From Bacteroidales bacterium (GTDB lineage Bacteria; Bacteroidota; Bacteroidia; Bacteroidales; UBA932), in the NCBI GenBank assembly GCA_017627255.1, contig JAGAHD010000026.1, positions 1-60,266 of the forward strand: DNA of 60,266 nt. Reading direction: 5' to 3'. Positions 57,437 through 60,266 of this stretch are shown piece by piece. The notes under the pieces were generated by a model. That model did not search any database. It had not been told where the DNA came from and worked only from the letters and a program-made list of their open reading frames with translations. Position 1 is the stretch's first letter; each line of letters opens with the position of its first letter. The translations under genes and the position numbers were made by a program.

Positions 57437-60265
57437 TTACTTCACTTCCACGATTTCGTCTTCCGCCCCTTCACGGATATACCACAGGAAGGCCTCTACG
57501 GGGGCATATCCCATTTCCCGGAACAGACGCGCATATCGGGCCAGCTGGGCGGTATACCGTTCTTCCGGGGCGCCGAACTTGTAATCCACGATGGAGACCT
57601 TTCCGCAGGGATGGAGCACGACCCGGTCCGGGCGCGACTCTCTCCCGTCCGTTCCCAGCACCGTCACTTCATTCAAAACCTGTGATGCATCGGCAGGGAA
57701 CCAGCCTCGGCCGTCCACCGAGGCCACTTCATCCCGGAGGAAGCGCAGCGTGAGCTGCCGGTCTTCCGGTGCAAGTTCGCCGGAGCGGACGACTTTCTCG
57801 ACAGCTTCCGGCAGGTCTTCCGGGACCGTTACGCCCGACAGGACCTTGTGAAGGACCAGGCCCCGCAGGCGGTTCGAGGCATGGGGACCGACCGATCCGT
57901 CCGGGCCGAAATAGTCCACAGCCTCGGGACTGCAGCGAAGGCGGCCCCGCTCCGCCGGCGTAAAGGAGGGGTATCCCGCCTCCAGGCGCCGGACCGGGCT
58001 TGCCTTCCGCGGCATCCGTGAGAAATCATACCGCTCTCCGCGGAAACTCTCCCCGGCTCCGGTGAACCCATACAGCAACTGGGAGAAATCCTTCCAGTCC
58101 CGTCCCCCTTCCAGGATCTTTTTCGGAGGACGCAGACTGATGATCTTCAGACCGTATTTCGCCCGGGTCAGCGCCACGTAGAAAATATTGATGTTGTCGA
58201 TGAACTGCAGCCTCCGTTCCCGCCGGTAGTCTTCCGCAAACAGCGTCTCCTCCGAGGATGCCCCGAGGTCCACCTGGTAGACCCCGTCCGCGAAAGCGTC
58301 GAGCGGCGTTCCTTCCACCTCCGGCCGGCACCAGCAGGAGGCATTCTTGTAGAGGGTGACCTTTTCGGCAAACGGGAAAATGACAAAGGGGAACTCCAGG
58401 CCTTTCGCCTTATGCACCGTCATCACCCGTACGGAAGTGCCTTCATCCGGAGACGCAATCTTGGGCGAAGCATCCTCCCAGTCCCGGAGGAAAGCCGACA
58501 GGTTGTTGCAACTCCCCTCCGACCAGTCCTGAAGATAATCCATAAATGACTGGATATATGGAACTTCCGCCTCAAATGAAGCTGGATCGGCCTCCTTCAG
58601 GTCCCTCAGCACGGACTCGGCCAGATCCACCAGCGAATGGTAATGCTCCGGAATCCTGATCTCCATGGAGCGCGCCAGGAAACCGCCCACCGACTCCTCC
58701 CCTTCCCGGGGAGGCCGGTCCACCAGCGAAAGCTGGGACACCAGGCGGCGCACCGTCACAGATGACTTGACGAACAGCGAGTCATCCGAAACGACCGGTA
58801 TGCCTTCCCGGACCAGACGGGCGGCGATTCCGGAGCCTTCGGCATTGCCGCGGACAAGGACCGCGATGTCCCCGTACTGCGCCCCAGCCTCCCGGAGATC
58901 CCGGATCGTGGACAGGACGGCATCCATCTCTGCCTCCCGGTCCTCGCAGAAGACAGTCTCGACCGAACCGGGCGCAGGATCCCGGAAACGGACATCCTGC
59001 TCCACATCCTTGTAGAGCGAAGCGATGCCCCCTTCCTCCCCGAGCAGCCGGTCCAGTTCAGCCGCCGCCCACGGGAAAAAAGCATTGTTGAAAGCCACGA
59101 TTTCCCGGCAGGTCCGGTAATTCCCCTTCAGGACCGTTTCCTTCTCCCCTCCGGAACCCAGTTCGCGGCTCAATTGTGAATCCAGCAGGCGCCAGTCGGA
59201 TCCCCTCCAACGGTAGATGGACTGCTTCACATCGCCTACCACCAGGTTGTCGAAGCCACCCGAAAGGCTGTTCTGGAGCAAAGGGCGGAAATTCTCCCAC
59301 TGGATGAGGGACGTATCCTGAAACTCATCCAGCAGGAAATGCTCATAGCGGACGCCCAGTTTCTCATATACGAAAGGGGCGTCTGAGCCGTCGATGATAT
59401 CCCGGAGAATCGTATTGGAGTCATCGATGCTGATGACATTCTTCTCCCGCTGCAGGGCCGTAAACGCCTGCCGCAATTCGCCGGCGATCCCGAGTCCGTA
59501 TACCTGGCCTCGGATCACACGGGCTGTCGCATAGGCTTTGTACCGGTTTCCGAAAAGACTGCAGAAAGCCTCCAGCGGCGCCTCCAGGACTCCTTCCAGC
59601 GCCTGGCGGAAGTGGTCTTTGGACTTGGCGAACCACTTGGAGGGATCGGCCGCTTTTTCCAGGAACGTTGCCGACGGCGGGGCCAGCAGGGCATGCGGAT
59701 CCGGTTCCAGGTAGGCGTACAAAGCCTTCAGGAAACCCCGGTTCGATTCTTCGGGCGGGACCCCGTTCACCCGGAGGACATCCAGCACGGCGGCGGCCGC
59801 TGCGCGGACTTCCTCCCCATAACTCCGGACCAGGGCGTCACACCCCTTGCGCACCTGCGTAAGCCGGTCCTTGGAGAAAGCCCGGTCCTCATCGATTCCA
59901 TACCGTTCGACTGCCACCTTGTGGTCTCCTGAAGTGAGGCTCAGGGCGACGGACAGCAGATGGGGTTCCAGACTGAACCGCGCACCCCGTTCCAAATCAG
60001 TCTTCACGCTGTCCGTCAGCCAGTCCAGAAGGCTGCGGTCCTCCTCGGAAAGGGCATCCAGGATCCGGTCGACGGTCTCCTGCAACAGGCCTGCCTTGTC
60101 CAGTTCCACCTGGTAGGAGGCGAACTGTCCGATCTCCCGCGAGAAAGCCCGCAGTGTCTGCTGGAAAAACTTGTCGATCGTAGACACCGAAAATGCCGAA
60201 TAATCGTGAAGGATGCCGCTGAGCTGCATGGAAGCCCGCCGTCGAAGGGCGTCCTCCGACGGAAA
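57437..60265 (-). CDS. UvrD/AddA-type helicase-nuclease, 5'-truncated by window edge
   Basis: VSTIDKF, LDEFQDTS, VGDVKQSIYRWR, NYRT, MTVHKAKGLEF, YVALTRA and a C-terminal PD-(D/E)xK nuclease (RPDRV...IVDYK). Frame is open to the window end. Confidence 0.93.
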   Translation of the reverse strand, partial: FPSEDALRRRASMQLSGILHDYSAFSVSTIDKFFQQTLRAFSREIGQFASYQVELDKAGLLQETVDRILDALSEEDRSLLDWLTDSVKTDLERGARFSLEPHLLSVALSLTSGDHKVAVERYGIDEDRAFSKDRLTQVRKGCDALVRSYGEEVRAAAAAVLDVLRVNGVPPEESNRGFLKALYAYLEPDPHALLAPPSATFLEKAADPSKWFAKSKDHFRQALEGVLEAPLEAFCSLFGNRYKAYATARVIRGQVYGLGIAGELRQAFTALQREKNVISIDDSNTILRDIIDGSDAPFVYEKLGVRYEHFLLDEFQDTSLIQWENFRPLLQNSLSGGFDNLVVGDVKQSIYRWRGSDWRLLDSQLSRELGSGGEKETVLKGNYRTCREIVAFNNAFFPWAAAELDRLLGEEGGIASLYKDVEQDVRFRDPAPGSVETVFCEDREAEMDAVLSTIRDLREAGAQYGDIAVLVRGNAEGSGIAARLVREGIPVVSDDSLFVKSSVTVRRLVSQLSLVDRPPREGEESVGGFLARSMEIRIPEHYHSLVDLAESVLRDLKEADPASFEAEVPYIQSFMDYLQDWSEGSCNNLSAFLRDWEDASPKIASPDEGTSVRVMTVHKAKGLEFPFVIFPFAEKVTLYKNASCWCRPEVEGTPLDAFADGVYQVDLGASSEETLFAEDYRRERRLQFIDNINIFYVALTRAKYGLKIISLRPPKKILEGGRDWKDFSQLLYGFTGAGESFRGERYDFSRMPRKASPVRRLEAGYPSFTPAERGRLRCSPEAVDYFGPDGSVGPHASNRLRGLVLHKVLSGVTVPEDLPEAVEKVVRSGELAPEDRQLTLRFLRDEVASVDGRGWFPADASQVLNEVTVLGTDGRESRPDRVVLHPCGKVSIVDYKFGAPEERYTAQLARYARLFREMGYAPVEAFLWYIREGAEDEIVEVK

Positions 60266-60266
60266 G

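Noticed and set aside
1-60266. CRISPR arrays, rRNA genes, prophage or IS elements
   Set aside because: No regularly spaced repeats, rRNA-like tracts, phage genes or transposases were recognised by eye; short or degenerate elements could have been missed.

Overview
A 60 kb chromosomal segment of a high-GC Bacteroidales bacterium. The phylum call rests on the TAnnTTTG promoter motif before many genes and on Bacteroidota-type gene families; a rumen/gut RC9 or Cryptobacteroides-like lineage is only my inference. Most of the window is housekeeping: tRNA-Glu-rpsT-tRNA-Pro, dxr-rseP, ruvX-def-PMM, gdhA, nadK-uppS-bamA-ompH, pdxJ, trxB-bamD-rpoZ-recN, tRNA-His, an oadA-like gene, radC, glpKF, miaB, rpoN, ackA-ptb, comEC, apbE, ftsK-lolA-like and a partial AddA/UvrD helicase. 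Two loci stand out. (1) A ~5.2 kb, partly AT-rich islet (671-5914) is bounded by 32-bp direct repeats that duplicate the 3' end of an outer-membrane beta-barrel gene. It carries a TPR/TM/HTH sensor-regulator, a CxxC thioredoxin-like gene frameshifted in an A8 tract, and two tandem cassettes. Each cassette pairs an NVEALA-type Cys-scaffold peptide (identical C-x15-C-x11-C-x13-C spacing, divergent loops) with its own beta-propeller lipoprotein, which makes it a candidate polymorphic peptide/cognate-receptor (or toxin/immunity) system. (2) A dipeptidyl-peptidase-III-like lipoprotein has all three predicted zinc ligands replaced by Arg/Lys and lies in an apparent operon with a DASS anion transporter and a DcaP-like porin, suggesting a pseudo-peptidase repurposed for anion binding. 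Smaller oddities: two unrelated upp genes, a biotinyl domain without its lysine, AckA paired with a Ptb-type transferase, and a dispersed 26-bp REP-like element. No CRISPR array, rRNA, integrase or transposase was recognised. All protein calls come from motif recognition by eye, not database searches.
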